A stretch of DNA of 29,236 bases. Source: a virus (lineage: Duplodnaviria; Heunggongvirae; Uroviricota; Caudoviricetes). The position numbers were made by a program, and so were the translations under genes. The notes below the pieces were generated by a model. It was not told where the DNA came from. It did not search any database and saw nothing but the letters and a program-made list of their open reading frames with translations. Positions 17,269 through 25,778 of this stretch are shown piece by piece. Location of the stretch: the IMG/VR virus record IMGVR_UViG_3300034045_000104. The stretch is one strand, 5' to 3'. Numbering within the stretch: the stretch's first letter is position 1; every line of letters starts with the position of its first letter.

Positions 17269-18675
17269 TCAAGCAGGTTGCTTTGCATCAAAATAGCCTT
17301 CAATGTGTCTTTTAACACAACGAGTCACCATTTTATGCAGCCCTGAAGAGACGCTCTGGCCAATGATTTCCGAGCCGATATCTTTACTCACACAATCTAG
17401 CTTAAAATCAGAACACCCCATAATATCCTTAAGCAATCCCTCGCTAGGCATATAGTAACGTCCGTCTACTTTTACGGCTAAAGTATCTTTGGCACCACGA
17501 TTTTGGCTCTTTAATATTGTAGGTGAAAATTCAGTATCTTTAGTAATTGTTCTTAAGCGACCGCACTTGGCACCATCCTGAATAGATTTACATTCTGTTA
17601 TGTCGCGGCAATCTGGCAAGTGTGTTTGAACCACATCCCACAAACGAATATTAGACGTTCTAGGCTGTTCAAACACAAAACCCTCATTTAGCACTGTAAA
17701 CACAGCATAGCCGCGCTCACGCCTTGTTATGCTGCCATAATCAGACCCTTTTGCAATCAATAAGTGTTCAGCATAGCCCCATTTAGCCATTCGCAATTTA
17801 AACATTTTGTAAATGTCAGACCTGAAAAAGCCAACCACCTGTTCTAGCATCACGATAGCAGGGGCAACCGCTGAGATAATACGCATAAGGTCAAACGTCA
17901 TATCTAGCGTAGAATTTAGATTAATTAACGATTCCTCTTTTAACTTATTGGACTTTACATTGGTAAATTCATCACATTGAATTGAAGCAAGCATAAGACC
18001 TGCATTGACTCCAGCTGATAAAATAGTGTTAACATCAATAGTGGTGATATCTTCATTGAAAACATTTCTAATACTTTTAGTGTTTCGCAATGCTGTTAAT
18101 GCTCCAGTTTCGGTCAAATCGCTTTTTCGTTTTGCATCTCTAGCCTCAGAACTGCGATAGTCCAAAAGTGAATTTAATACTAGACCACAATCTTCCATCA
18201 TGCTGGTGTCCACTCCACTTGAGCAAATAGCAAACATATTAAGCATATTGGATCTGTTTATGTTTTTTCTTGCCCGTGCAAGATGTGTAATCATTGGCAC
18301 AACCGTTATTAGACCGTTTTTAAAGGTTATGTGCAGGTAAACGCAATCATCAGGCAATGATTTATTCAAAAGTTTCTTGCTTCCAGTTTCAAGCAACGTT
18401 TCGATTGGGTTGTTTTTACGTGACTTGTAATTTCTTGAATACACCTTTTTGGTTTTATTTATTGGTGTGTCAAAAATATCAAAGACTTTGCGTATAACGA
18501 AACCCTGGTTTTCTCCCAAAGACTCCTCAACAACCCGATCACCACCTGCAAAATCGAACAAAACGAGCCAATTAGATGAAATAACAACTTTTCTATTCCC
18601 TCCTGTTTGCTTAATCTTCAGCTGCTTGGTTGCTATATTGCTAGGAATTGCAAAGCTTTGAACTAAATTACTCAT
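17269..18675 (-). CDS. divergent C5 cytosine DNA methyltransferase with ~135-aa N-terminal domain
   Basis: Motif I-like FAICSSGVD, NEDI (III), ASIQCDEF (IV, catalytic Cys), MLEQVVGF (VI), TRRERGY (VIII), EIIGQSV (X); GGAG RBS; promoter 18703-18717; no cognate nuclease adjacent. Confidence 0.8.
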   Translation of the reverse strand: MSNLVQSFAIPSNIATKQLKIKQTGGNRKVVISSNWLVLFDFAGGDRVVEESLGENQGFVIRKVFDIFDTPINKTKKVYSRNYKSRKNNPIETLLETGSKKLLNKSLPDDCVYLHITFKNGLITVVPMITHLARARKNINRSNMLNMFAICSSGVDTSMMEDCGLVLNSLLDYRSSEARDAKRKSDLTETGALTALRNTKSIRNVFNEDITTIDVNTILSAGVNAGLMLASIQCDEFTNVKSNKLKEESLINLNSTLDMTFDLMRIISAVAPAIVMLEQVVGFFRSDIYKMFKLRMAKWGYAEHLLIAKGSDYGSITRRERGYAVFTVLNEGFVFEQPRTSNIRLWDVVQTHLPDCRDITECKSIQDGAKCGRLRTITKDTEFSPTILKSQNRGAKDTLAVKVDGRYYMPSEGLLKDIMGCSDFKLDCVSKDIGSEIIGQSVSSGLHKMVTRCVKRHIEGYFDAKQPA

Positions 18676-18819
18676 TGAAACACTCCAAATTATTGATGAT
18701 AAATTATAGAAACGCTAGAAACAACTCTTAAAAATAAAGAACGAAAATCTAGAAATAAAATAAATATAATGATACTATTCAATAACGCTAGCGGGAATAA
18801 TACTGTTAGTTTTGACCAG

Positions 18820-18845
18820 AGCCAGTTACCATTGACGAACTGGCT
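18820..18845. terminator. hairpin/possible terminator
   Basis: AGCCAGTT/AACTGGCT stem. Confidence 0.45.
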
Positions 18846-18886
18846 TTGATCTAAAACCAAGAGCAGGCGCTTAATTAATTATCAAA

Positions 18887-19096
18887 TCAGTCCAAAAACC
18901 AAATCCCAGACTTTTTTACATTTCTGGTTTCTTCCCAACCTTTAGTAGTGACGCGTACAGTCATTTTATCCCCTAAATCTTTAACGAGCTTCACCATAAA
19001 AATACCGCCCATGCCGCTATTGATAATACATTTTTTAGTGAAATCAATATTTTCCACCTTATTAAGAAATACTTTCTTTTTTGGATTGCTTAACAT
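18887..19096 (-). CDS. small basic hypothetical protein
   Basis: 69-aa ORF, GGAG RBS, promoter 19125-19139. Confidence 0.7.
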   Translation of the reverse strand: MLSNPKKKVFLNKVENIDFTKKCIINSGMGGIFMVKLVKDLGDKMTVRVTTKGWEETRNVKKSGIWFLD

Positions 19097-19153
19097 TTTT
19101 CTTCTCCAATATCAGTTATCATCCATTATAGGATTGCTAAATAACGTTAAAAA

Positions 19154-19462
19154 TCAAATAAGCCAGAACCAAGCACCAAAATCAGCCACCCCCTCATTAT
19201 TATATAAATGGTATCCAACACTAACCACCAGACCACCACCATAGACATTAATTTCGATGCAGCCTTTACCATACCAATTAACAAGAAAATCTATATACCT
19301 ATCAATCTCACATATCATTGATTGTGTCTTTTCTTTATTTAACGCCATTTGTTTACTCAACAGCTGCTTATAGTCAAACTTAAGGTTAATAACACTCAAT
19401 GACGCACAACCGTAACTTGATGGTGATGGTACTTGAGATACTTGACTAATTTTTTCTAACAT
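19154..19462 (-). CDS. hypothetical protein (start likely ATG 19462)
   Basis: GGAGA RBS before ATG; -10 box 19485-19490. Confidence 0.65.
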   Translation of the reverse strand: MLEKISQVSQVPSPSSYGCASLSVINLKFDYKQLLSKQMALNKEKTQSMICEIDRYIDFLVNWYGKGCIEINVYGGGLVVSVGYHLYNNEGVADFGAWFWLI

Positions 19463-19598
19463 ATATTTCTCCAATATTATTTAATTATATTTAGCACCAA
19501 TGTAGAATATTTATACAAAACAGTAGTAATTAATAACACTGATACCTTAGTATCTATGGCAAAACGAAATAACCGATAATAAAAAACCAGCCCAAGAT

Positions 19599-20108
19599 TT
19601 GATAACAATACGATTCGATGATAATATTGAACATATTATAGATTTGGTAACAACCATGGCCATTAATAAAATAAACATAAAACCATACAGGCAGATATTA
19701 GAAGCAACCATTGCTCATATGACACCTGCAAAGTTCAGTTCAATTCTAGGCAATGCAGCAGCCAACCTTAATGATGTTCACTTAAGAACGGCCATTATAG
19801 AAATAATAGACGATCTACAAGACAAAGGGTTATTCAAACGAAGTCGCAAACCATTCATGCTATCAAGCAAATATACAGACATTTCTGATTATGATGGGGC
19901 AGAAAACATATTTCAAAGGGTGAGAGACTACGTTACAGCTGTTGTTGATGCCGACCAAGAGGATAGGGCGGAAATCATTCAGAACATGAATCAAAGCAAA
20001 ACATTAATACCAGACATTGCAAAAATCATGAGTGATTACTGGGACACACATAAAAAGGAGCTTGAAAACGATATTGAAAACGAACTATATAAAGCTGAAT
20101 ACTTTTAA
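19599..20108 (+). CDS. hypothetical protein, the only long plus-strand ORF inside the array (start may be ATG 19656)
   Basis: 169-aa helical-looking ORF with no overlapping minus-strand gene. Confidence 0.7.
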   Translation: MITIRFDDNIEHIIDLVTTMAINKINIKPYRQILEATIAHMTPAKFSSILGNAAANLNDVHLRTAIIEIIDDLQDKGLFKRSRKPFMLSSKYTDISDYDGAENIFQRVRDYVTAVVDADQEDRAEIIQNMNQSKTLIPDIAKIMSDYWDTHKKELENDIENELYKAEYF

Positions 20109-20190
20109 CCTGAACCATATGGATATCAATGTGAAATTTAACAATAAGGCCAAAGAATATCCATGGCCCTATTGGTGCATTATTTAATAA

Positions 20191-20394
20191 TTAAGACAGT
20201 CTTTTTTGACGCCTAAGCATTTTTTTCTGATTCAACTTGCGTTGTTTTCTATCAAAATAATCATTATGCTTACTTTGCATGACGCTAAATTCCATTTGAT
20301 TTCTCCAATATGGGCTATCGACTCCCATATCCACATTAAACAACCATGACAATAAAACATTAAATTCTTTCTTGAATAATTTAAGTAAACGCAT
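20191..20394 (-). CDS. small basic hypothetical protein
   Basis: 67 aa, AAGGAG RBS, promoter 20425-20439. Confidence 0.65.
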   Translation of the reverse strand: MRLLKLFKKEFNVLLSWLFNVDMGVDSPYWRNQMEFSVMQSKHNDYFDRKQRKLNQKKMLRRQKRLS

Positions 20395-20603
20395 TTTGAT
20401 CTCCTTTGATATTAATAGTAATTAATTATAGATGCGCTAGAAATTAGATAAACTACATCAGTCCCATTGAGATAACGAATGCAGCTCACTATGCACACCC
20501 CGCCCAAATAAATAGCTACGCATTAACTCCAACTAGCACCCCATGAAACACATTGACAAGAGACTACCCTTGTGGCTAACCTTGCGTTAACAAAACATTC
20601 CAT

Positions 20604-21020
20604 TTAATTAGACTTCTTGGTAAGCCGCATGACTCCCTTGATACAGCCCATAAACACCCCTTTTTTGAAAAATAGTGTGCCTCCATCATGATTCCAAACC
20701 TGTTTAACGCCCATTTCCTTCAATAATAAGATATTGCTTTTAGCCATTTTAACGCCGTTAACAACATCAACATCCTGCCAATACTTAATATCCGTATATT
20801 TAGAAGACTTGATCTGACCTATTATCGAAGCAACTCCCTGTTTTAATATGTCTGGACAATCAGATAGTTTATTATCAGCCCAAAGACACTCACCCTCAAA
20901 GAAAATAAACTTAGACATATCACTAAAACATGACATGCCATCGAGCCTAAAAGGCTTTCTCAACGCTTCGTTTCTTGCCTTGTCATCAATGAAACTTAAT
21001 ACAATTGCTTCGTTTTTCAC
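20604..21020 (-). CDS. hypothetical protein
   Basis: 138-aa GTG-start ORF, GGAG/AGGG RBS, -10 box 21047-21052. Confidence 0.7.
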   Translation of the reverse strand: MKNEAIVLSFIDDKARNEALRKPFRLDGMSCFSDMSKFIFFEGECLWADNKLSDCPDILKQGVASIIGQIKSSKYTDIKYWQDVDVVNGVKMAKSNILLLKEMGVKQVWNHDGGTLFFKKGVFMGCIKGVMRLTKKSN

Positions 21021-21071
21021 ACCCTGTCTCCGTAGATTAAAAAATAATTATAATAAGCCCAAATTACTGCA

Positions 21072-21437
21072 CTAAACCCGAACCTCAACAAAACCACCAA
21101 CATTAACGCCACAATCATAGCAAGAATTAAAATTTTCCATATTTTGCTCAACAATCCATTTTTGAGCACTCGCATTCCATACTGTTTTGGCAGCCGAAAC
21201 AATGTTTGTCCCATTACAGCTTCTACAATGATACTGAACACGCCTCACACCACCATCGCACCGCCTTAGAGGACCAAACACCTTTATGCCCTTAAAGCCC
21301 TTCATTCGCTTTTGTAGAGAATCCTTAGACATAGAAGCATACAGAGGCATATAGCTAGAATCAAACCCAACCCAAAAACCCATCTCCCGCAAATTGTGAG
21401 CATTATCGACACTCAACTCTTTTATACATGTAGACAT
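21072..21437 (-). CDS. zinc-ribbon-containing hypothetical protein
   Basis: CRSC...CYDC; AAGGA RBS; promoter variant 21469-21483. Confidence 0.7.
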   Translation of the reverse strand: MSTCIKELSVDNAHNLREMGFWVGFDSSYMPLYASMSKDSLQKRMKGFKGIKVFGPLRRCDGGVRRVQYHCRSCNGTNIVSAAKTVWNASAQKWIVEQNMENFNSCYDCGVNVGGFVEVRV

Positions 21438-21506
21438 TTAATTATCCTTTAATGATATTAATACTCATATTTTAAACTGACGATAAACTGCAGATCTCAT
21501 TCAAAT

Positions 21507-22049
21507 TTAACGAACCCTATCATCATTAAAATCTAAATTCACTTGAATATATTTGTTGTCATGTGATTGTTCGGTGATAAAATAACCAATTCTGAAACCT
21601 TGATGGAAGCCACTTACAAAATCAATATCCCCATTTGGCGCATCGGTAAAAGTCCAAACATATTTACTGTCCATACTGCGCACATGGGCGACCTCTGGAC
21701 CATAGGTTTCAAACATACAATCATTCAAGCTCGACTCATCTTTTGATATGGTGTTTTTTACCATGGTGTATTTTTCATCAAAATCATCTTCACTAATTAC
21801 CATATCAGTTCTAACAAACACACCTTCATCGCCCAATGCGTATTGCACCGAATGCTCATCGCACAAATGTTCATTTGTAACAGCACAAAAATAGGCCTCA
21901 TCATCATGCAGTAAATGAGTTTTACACACATCACAAACAACACACTCATCCAGCCATTCTTTGGACAATTTAAAATCAGTAATTTGTTTATCGGTAAACT
22001 CTACGCCTCTTTTTTTATATTCTTGGATTACTTCATCAAAATTACTCAT
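21507..22049 (-). CDS. acidic protein with Cys/His cluster and C-terminal FETYG...VWT...GYFIT domain
   Basis: CDVC...C...C..H; C-terminal pattern recalls a phage family; promoter 22083-22097. Confidence 0.75.
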   Translation of the reverse strand: MSNFDEVIQEYKKRGVEFTDKQITDFKLSKEWLDECVVCDVCKTHLLHDDEAYFCAVTNEHLCDEHSVQYALGDEGVFVRTDMVISEDDFDEKYTMVKNTISKDESSLNDCMFETYGPEVAHVRSMDSKYVWTFTDAPNGDIDFVSGFHQGFRIGYFITEQSHDNKYIQVNLDFNDDRVR

Positions 22050-22108
22050 AAGACACCATTTTTTTTATTGTTTAATTATTAGATTATAGACATGCGACAT
22101 ACACAAAA
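22046..22108. repeat. ~63-bp promoter/RBS/start repeat, copy 1
   Basis: Near-identical to 22377-22438. Confidence 0.85.
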
Positions 22109-22143
22109 ACATAAAAGCAACGGGAAGAAAATGGATATAACAC

Positions 22144-22380
22144 CTATGGCAGTATGAGCCCATTAGCAAAAACAGACTTAATGAAGTTATCCAAATCATC
22201 CAAACTCCCACGTTTTATATAAGCACCAGTTAATGAAGCCACCAAATCAGAAATGCCATCAATTTGTTTATCTATATTGAAATATCTAGCCACAACCTCT
22301 TGTTCGTTCACAATAAACCATTGCCCAACCCTATCAAAAGTAGCTTTCCACTCAGCTAATGAAAATTCGAGTTCAGTCAT
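22144..22380 (-). CDS. hypothetical protein
   Basis: 78-aa ORF, promoter 22413-22427. Confidence 0.7.
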   Translation of the reverse strand: MTELEFSLAEWKATFDRVGQWFIVNEQEVVARYFNIDKQIDGISDLVASLTGAYIKRGSLDDLDNFIKSVFANGLILP

Positions 22381-22438
22381 AAGACACCTTTATATTATTG
22401 TTTAACTACTAAATTATAGACATACGACATACACAAAA
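22377..22438. repeat. ~63-bp promoter/RBS/start repeat, copy 2
   Basis: TCATAAGACACC...ATTGTTTAA...ATTATAGACAT(G/A)CGACATACACAAAA shared with 22046-22108. Confidence 0.85.
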
Positions 22439-22681
22439 CGTAAAATCACATCGAATGGGGTAATGAATTAAGAAGCTAGGCGGTCAGAATAACCTCCACA
22501 AGCGTTTTGTTCACAATACCTAGCTCATATTGTCTAGAATGGCTAAAATAATCTTTAAGCACACTCAACGCCCAATCACAGCCGGTTATATCATCATAAC
22601 AATCCCATCTTTTTGAACATGTTTTACAATATTATTGTACAAATTCATTTTTGTTCTAGACTTCGCATTTAGAGTCATCAT

Positions 22682-22918
22682 TTAAGCCACCTTTGATTGT
22701 AATAATTTAATTTTTGCCACAATTGCACTGCATATCGTTCCACCTGCAGACTCGCCCATTTTTTCAGTTTGAAAATGAAATTCCTTCCACAATTGGTTTA
22801 CATCCTTACCCTCTGTTATTTCATCAATTTCTGTACACTCATCACCAAAAAAACAAGAAAGATTATTTTCATAAGATGCATTATCGGGATTAAACAAAGT
22901 ATTAATATTATTTGACAT
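22682..22918 (-). CDS. hypothetical protein
   Basis: 78-aa ORF, promoter 22947-22961. Confidence 0.65.
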   Translation of the reverse strand: MSNNINTLFNPDNASYENNLSCFFGDECTEIDEITEGKDVNQLWKEFHFQTEKMGESAGGTICSAIVAKIKLLQSKVA

Positions 22919-22965
22919 GATTTATTTCCATTAATTTATATATTTAATTATAGACAAACACAAAA

Positions 22966-22994
22966 CCCCTGTGGCTAACTTAATGCCACAGGGG
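22966..22994 (-). terminator. intrinsic terminator
   Basis: CCCCTGTGGC/GCCACAGGGG 10-bp stem with adjacent A run. Confidence 0.8.
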
Positions 22995-23008
22995 ACTATG
23001 AAAACCAG

Positions 23009-23536
23009 CTAGAGCAAAGCCATTACTTTTAAAATAACACCTGATATCACTCCCAAAGCCTCGCAAAGATCAGACTTTGTACAACGAAAATAAAATACCC
23101 CCTCACACATCGCAGTAATTTGCCATTCTTCGGCATTGCCAAGATTCTCAATTACAAGCTCAACCCCGTCCAAGGCATGGCTATTTCCACTTATTTTATC
23201 TTCGACATTGATATTAATAGTAAACTCATTACTAGAGTCTTGAAACCCATCCTGCCAATATTCGCCACCCTTTGCAATATCAGAACTAAATAACAAAGCC
23301 TCAAGATGCCAACCAAGGGCCGTTCTATCAACATAGGGAAAAGCATAATCCAACAACGCACCGCATCCTAATTGCTCGCCTGCATCACCAGATTTGGAAA
23401 ATGAAGAGATATAACCTCTGTTTTTATTAGCATCATTTGTAATATCTACCTGTCTTACAGCCTTACCATAAGTAAAAGTGATTTCTGTATCAATTGAACG
23501 GTTTTTGGATATGGGAACTATTTTTGAATTTGCCAT
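23009..23536 (-). CDS. hypothetical protein
   Basis: 175-aa ORF, promoter variant 23567-23581. Confidence 0.75.
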   Translation of the reverse strand: MANSKIVPISKNRSIDTEITFTYGKAVRQVDITNDANKNRGYISSFSKSGDAGEQLGCGALLDYAFPYVDRTALGWHLEALLFSSDIAKGGEYWQDGFQDSSNEFTININVEDKISGNSHALDGVELVIENLGNAEEWQITAMCEGVFYFRCTKSDLCEALGVISGVILKVMALL

Positions 23537-23648
23537 GCTGTATGCCTTTATGATTGGATATAGCTAATAATAACCACGCTAAATAACCGATTAGAATTTA
23601 CTTACACCCCATACATTAGAAATGATTTCTAGTATATTTTAGAGCCAA

Positions 23649-23993
23649 TTAAGCGGCAATATCTTCTACCATAGCCATAAGTTCCGATGTCCGAACCGAA
23701 GAATATAATTTTCTCGCATCTGCTCTATTAATATGTTTTTGTCTTGATATTTTTATAATCAAACGATGTCTTATGACCCTATTTGCATTTGATTTAGCCT
23801 CCAAAGGTATTAAGGCTTGCTTACATGCGTATAGCACAGCCTTTTCGATTGGGGACGACCAATCAGAATGAATTAAAGAATTAGCACAAACAGGATTGCT
23901 ATCAAGCAAAGCTTGAACACGTTTATCTATTCGATTACAAATTCTATCCATGACCCTTAAGATTCTCGCTTCATCTGTTTTCCAATTACGCAT
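23649..23993 (-). CDS. basic hypothetical protein
   Basis: 114-aa ORF, GAGAG RBS, promoter 24025-24039. Confidence 0.7.
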   Translation of the reverse strand: MRNWKTDEARILRVMDRICNRIDKRVQALLDSNPVCANSLIHSDWSSPIEKAVLYACKQALIPLEAKSNANRVIRHRLIIKISRQKHINRADARKLYSSVRTSELMAMVEDIAA

Positions 23994-24056
23994 AATATTC
24001 TCTCGCTTTAATTAATACTGATTAATTATAGATTGACCATATATAGAAAAAAAAGA

Positions 24057-24223
24057 ATAATTAGAGTTTTGCATAGTGAGGAAGTGCTGCGATCCCTGGT
24101 AGGAGCGAAGCAAAGACCAGGGATCGCAGCAAGACGAACCACTCTGCTAGACATATTCGGTATAAAACCAAGTGGACGATACATCACACCTCAAACATGC
24201 CTATAAGCCAAAACTCTAATTAT
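24057..24223. repeat. nested palindromic element (REP/MITE-like or structured RNA/ssDNA)
   Basis: Perfect 16-bp IR 24085-24100/24116-24131; 7/8 IR 24071-24078/24140-24147; perfect 15-bp IR 24057-24071/24209-24223. Confidence 0.7.
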
Positions 24224-24354
24224 CTTTTCTGTAACCAACAACCAATCATAATAAAATGAAGAAACATTCTGGTTGCCAATCACCCTTAAAAACCCCAGCA
24301 ACCATGCCCTTGCAAGTTAACACATTGGTTACTGATGTTAATATTATAGTCACG

Positions 24355-24507
24355 CTATAAATCACCAGATTTAATTCTGGTTCTTAAATCGGTTTTGCGT
24401 GACTGTCGCAAAGCCTTACCACTTTTTACGTGGACAGACCCTTTGCCCATTAATGGATGATTCCAAAACAGATTTCTCACAACTTTCTTATTTTTATTGT
24501 TTTTCAT
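24355..24507 (-). CDS. small basic protein (start revised to ATG 24507, 50 aa)
   Basis: RNLFWNHPLMGKGSVHVKSGKALRQ; promoter 24535-24549 lies inside the longer track ORF. Confidence 0.65.
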   Translation of the reverse strand: MKNNKNKKVVRNLFWNHPLMGKGSVHVKSGKALRQSRKTDLRTRIKSGDL

Positions 24508-24599
24508 TCCAATCACCACTAATATAATTACTAGATTATAGGCATGCCACAACCCCATAAAAAAACACTTTCATTTATAAGTAAAGTCACATATAATTA

Positions 24600-24716
24600 G
24601 CACTCTGCTGAATAAGCAGCTTAGAAAATAATATTTATAAAAATCCATTTACTGCTGAATAAGCAGCTTAGAAAGTTATAATTATATTATTAACCACCCA
24701 ATAGGTGGCAAAACCC
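24600..24716 (+). CRISPR. orphan mini-array of type I-F-like CRISPR repeats (2 good + 1 degenerate) with short spacers
   Basis: GCACTCTGCTGAATAAGCAGCTTAGAAA (24600-24627) and ATTTACTGCTGAATAAGCAGCTTAGAAA (24647-24674; 22/28 to GTTCACTGCCGTATAGGCAGCTAAGAAA); third hairpin CCACC-CAATA-GGTGG (24694-24708); no cas genes in the window. Confidence 0.7.
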
Positions 24717-24734
24717 GTTTTATAAACGGGTTTT
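24710..24734. terminator. bidirectional intrinsic terminator
   Basis: AAAACCCGTTT/AAACGGGTTTT. Confidence 0.8.
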
Positions 24735-25075
24735 TATTTGCCCACATGATTTAAAAATGAAGGTATATCAGGCTCACCACACTCAACCCAAGCTCCACTC
24801 TTCTCAGATACCTCCAACCATATATCAACAGACGAGAACCACACCGTTCCATTGACAAACATATAGTCATCATCACTAGGGAACTCTTCATAATCAAAAT
24901 CCAATTTATCTAGGAACTCATTAAAATCGCCGTGAGAATAACCCTGTTTCAGCATAATACAGTCTTTTTGTGGCAATAAAGGCTCATCCGAAACATGAAC
25001 AATAGCACATTTAATAGAATAATTACCGGCATCGGACAGAGCCTCCAACAGCTCTTGTTTTGCATTTCTAGACAT
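24734..25075 (-). CDS. conserved phage-type hypothetical protein (start revised to ATG 25075)
   Basis: NAKQELL...IKCA...FLDKLDFDY...GTVWF...W...EPDIP pattern; promoter 25106-25120 inside the longer track ORF. Confidence 0.75.
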   Translation of the reverse strand: MSRNAKQELLEALSDAGNYSIKCAIVHVSDEPLLPQKDCIMLKQGYSHGDFNEFLDKLDFDYEEFPSDDDYMFVNGTVWFSSVDIWLEVSEKSGAWVECGEPDIPSFLNHVGK

Positions 25076-25263
25076 TCTAAAACTCCAAATATTTATGTTA
25101 AAATCATTATAGTGAAACCATATAATCAACCATTAATACAAATAAACCAATTCCACTAGCAACATCACATCCAACATTGATGATATATATTCGTTATTTA
25201 TACAATCAAATTTAAAACTATTGCCATTTATAAAATGTATTTTCATAAACATAATTTGATCGT

Positions 25264-25677
25264 TTAACTTCGCTCCATCCATGGACACATAGCTAAAGGC
25301 AAATGTATATCCATTTCATTTTCCAAATAAGCCTTGCTTTCAAACTTCTCAAGCTTACATTCATCGTAATTTGCTGGAGATGGCTTTCTATCTGTAGAGT
25401 CAAAGTTTGTATACCGCCCATTCTTAAAATAAGTTGTGCAATAGAAAGTTTCTCCTGTTTTAAGACTGTATTGCGTGAAGTCAAAAACAAAAAACAACAA
25501 TGGATACTGTAAGCTATGATAAAACCACGCTGTTTGAATCCTATCCAAGTCACCAAAACACTCTGTATCAAATGGCACTCCCATAGCCACGCTCAGGCTT
25601 CGCTTGTGTTCCTCAACATCGACTCCACCACAACTCATGTCAAAATTTAATATTACTTTGTCCTTGCTCACACACAT
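25264..25677 (-). CDS. hypothetical protein
   Basis: 137-aa ORF, AAGGT RBS, promoter 25705-25719. Confidence 0.65.
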   Translation of the reverse strand: MCVSKDKVILNFDMSCGGVDVEEHKRSLSVAMGVPFDTECFGDLDRIQTAWFYHSLQYPLLFFVFDFTQYSLKTGETFYCTTYFKNGRYTNFDSTDRKPSPANYDECKLEKFESKAYLENEMDIHLPLAMCPWMERS

Positions 25678-25778
25678 TACCTTGTTTAAATTATATTAGA
25701 TTCAATTATATCTTGGCAAAAAAACCCCGAGCTGTATCGAGGCCAATTATCAAATATCATTAAGTTGCTTTTGGTTGG

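Noticed and set aside
6435-24357. TAG stop codons coinciding with the TAG of the promoter motif (6436-6438, 24355-24357)
   Set aside because: Only two of about 40 cases; explainable by compaction.
24600-24716. Functional adaptive CRISPR array
   Set aside because: Only 2-3 repeats, 14-19-nt spacers, no leader-sized region and no cas genes in the window; kept as a repeat-mimic candidate instead.
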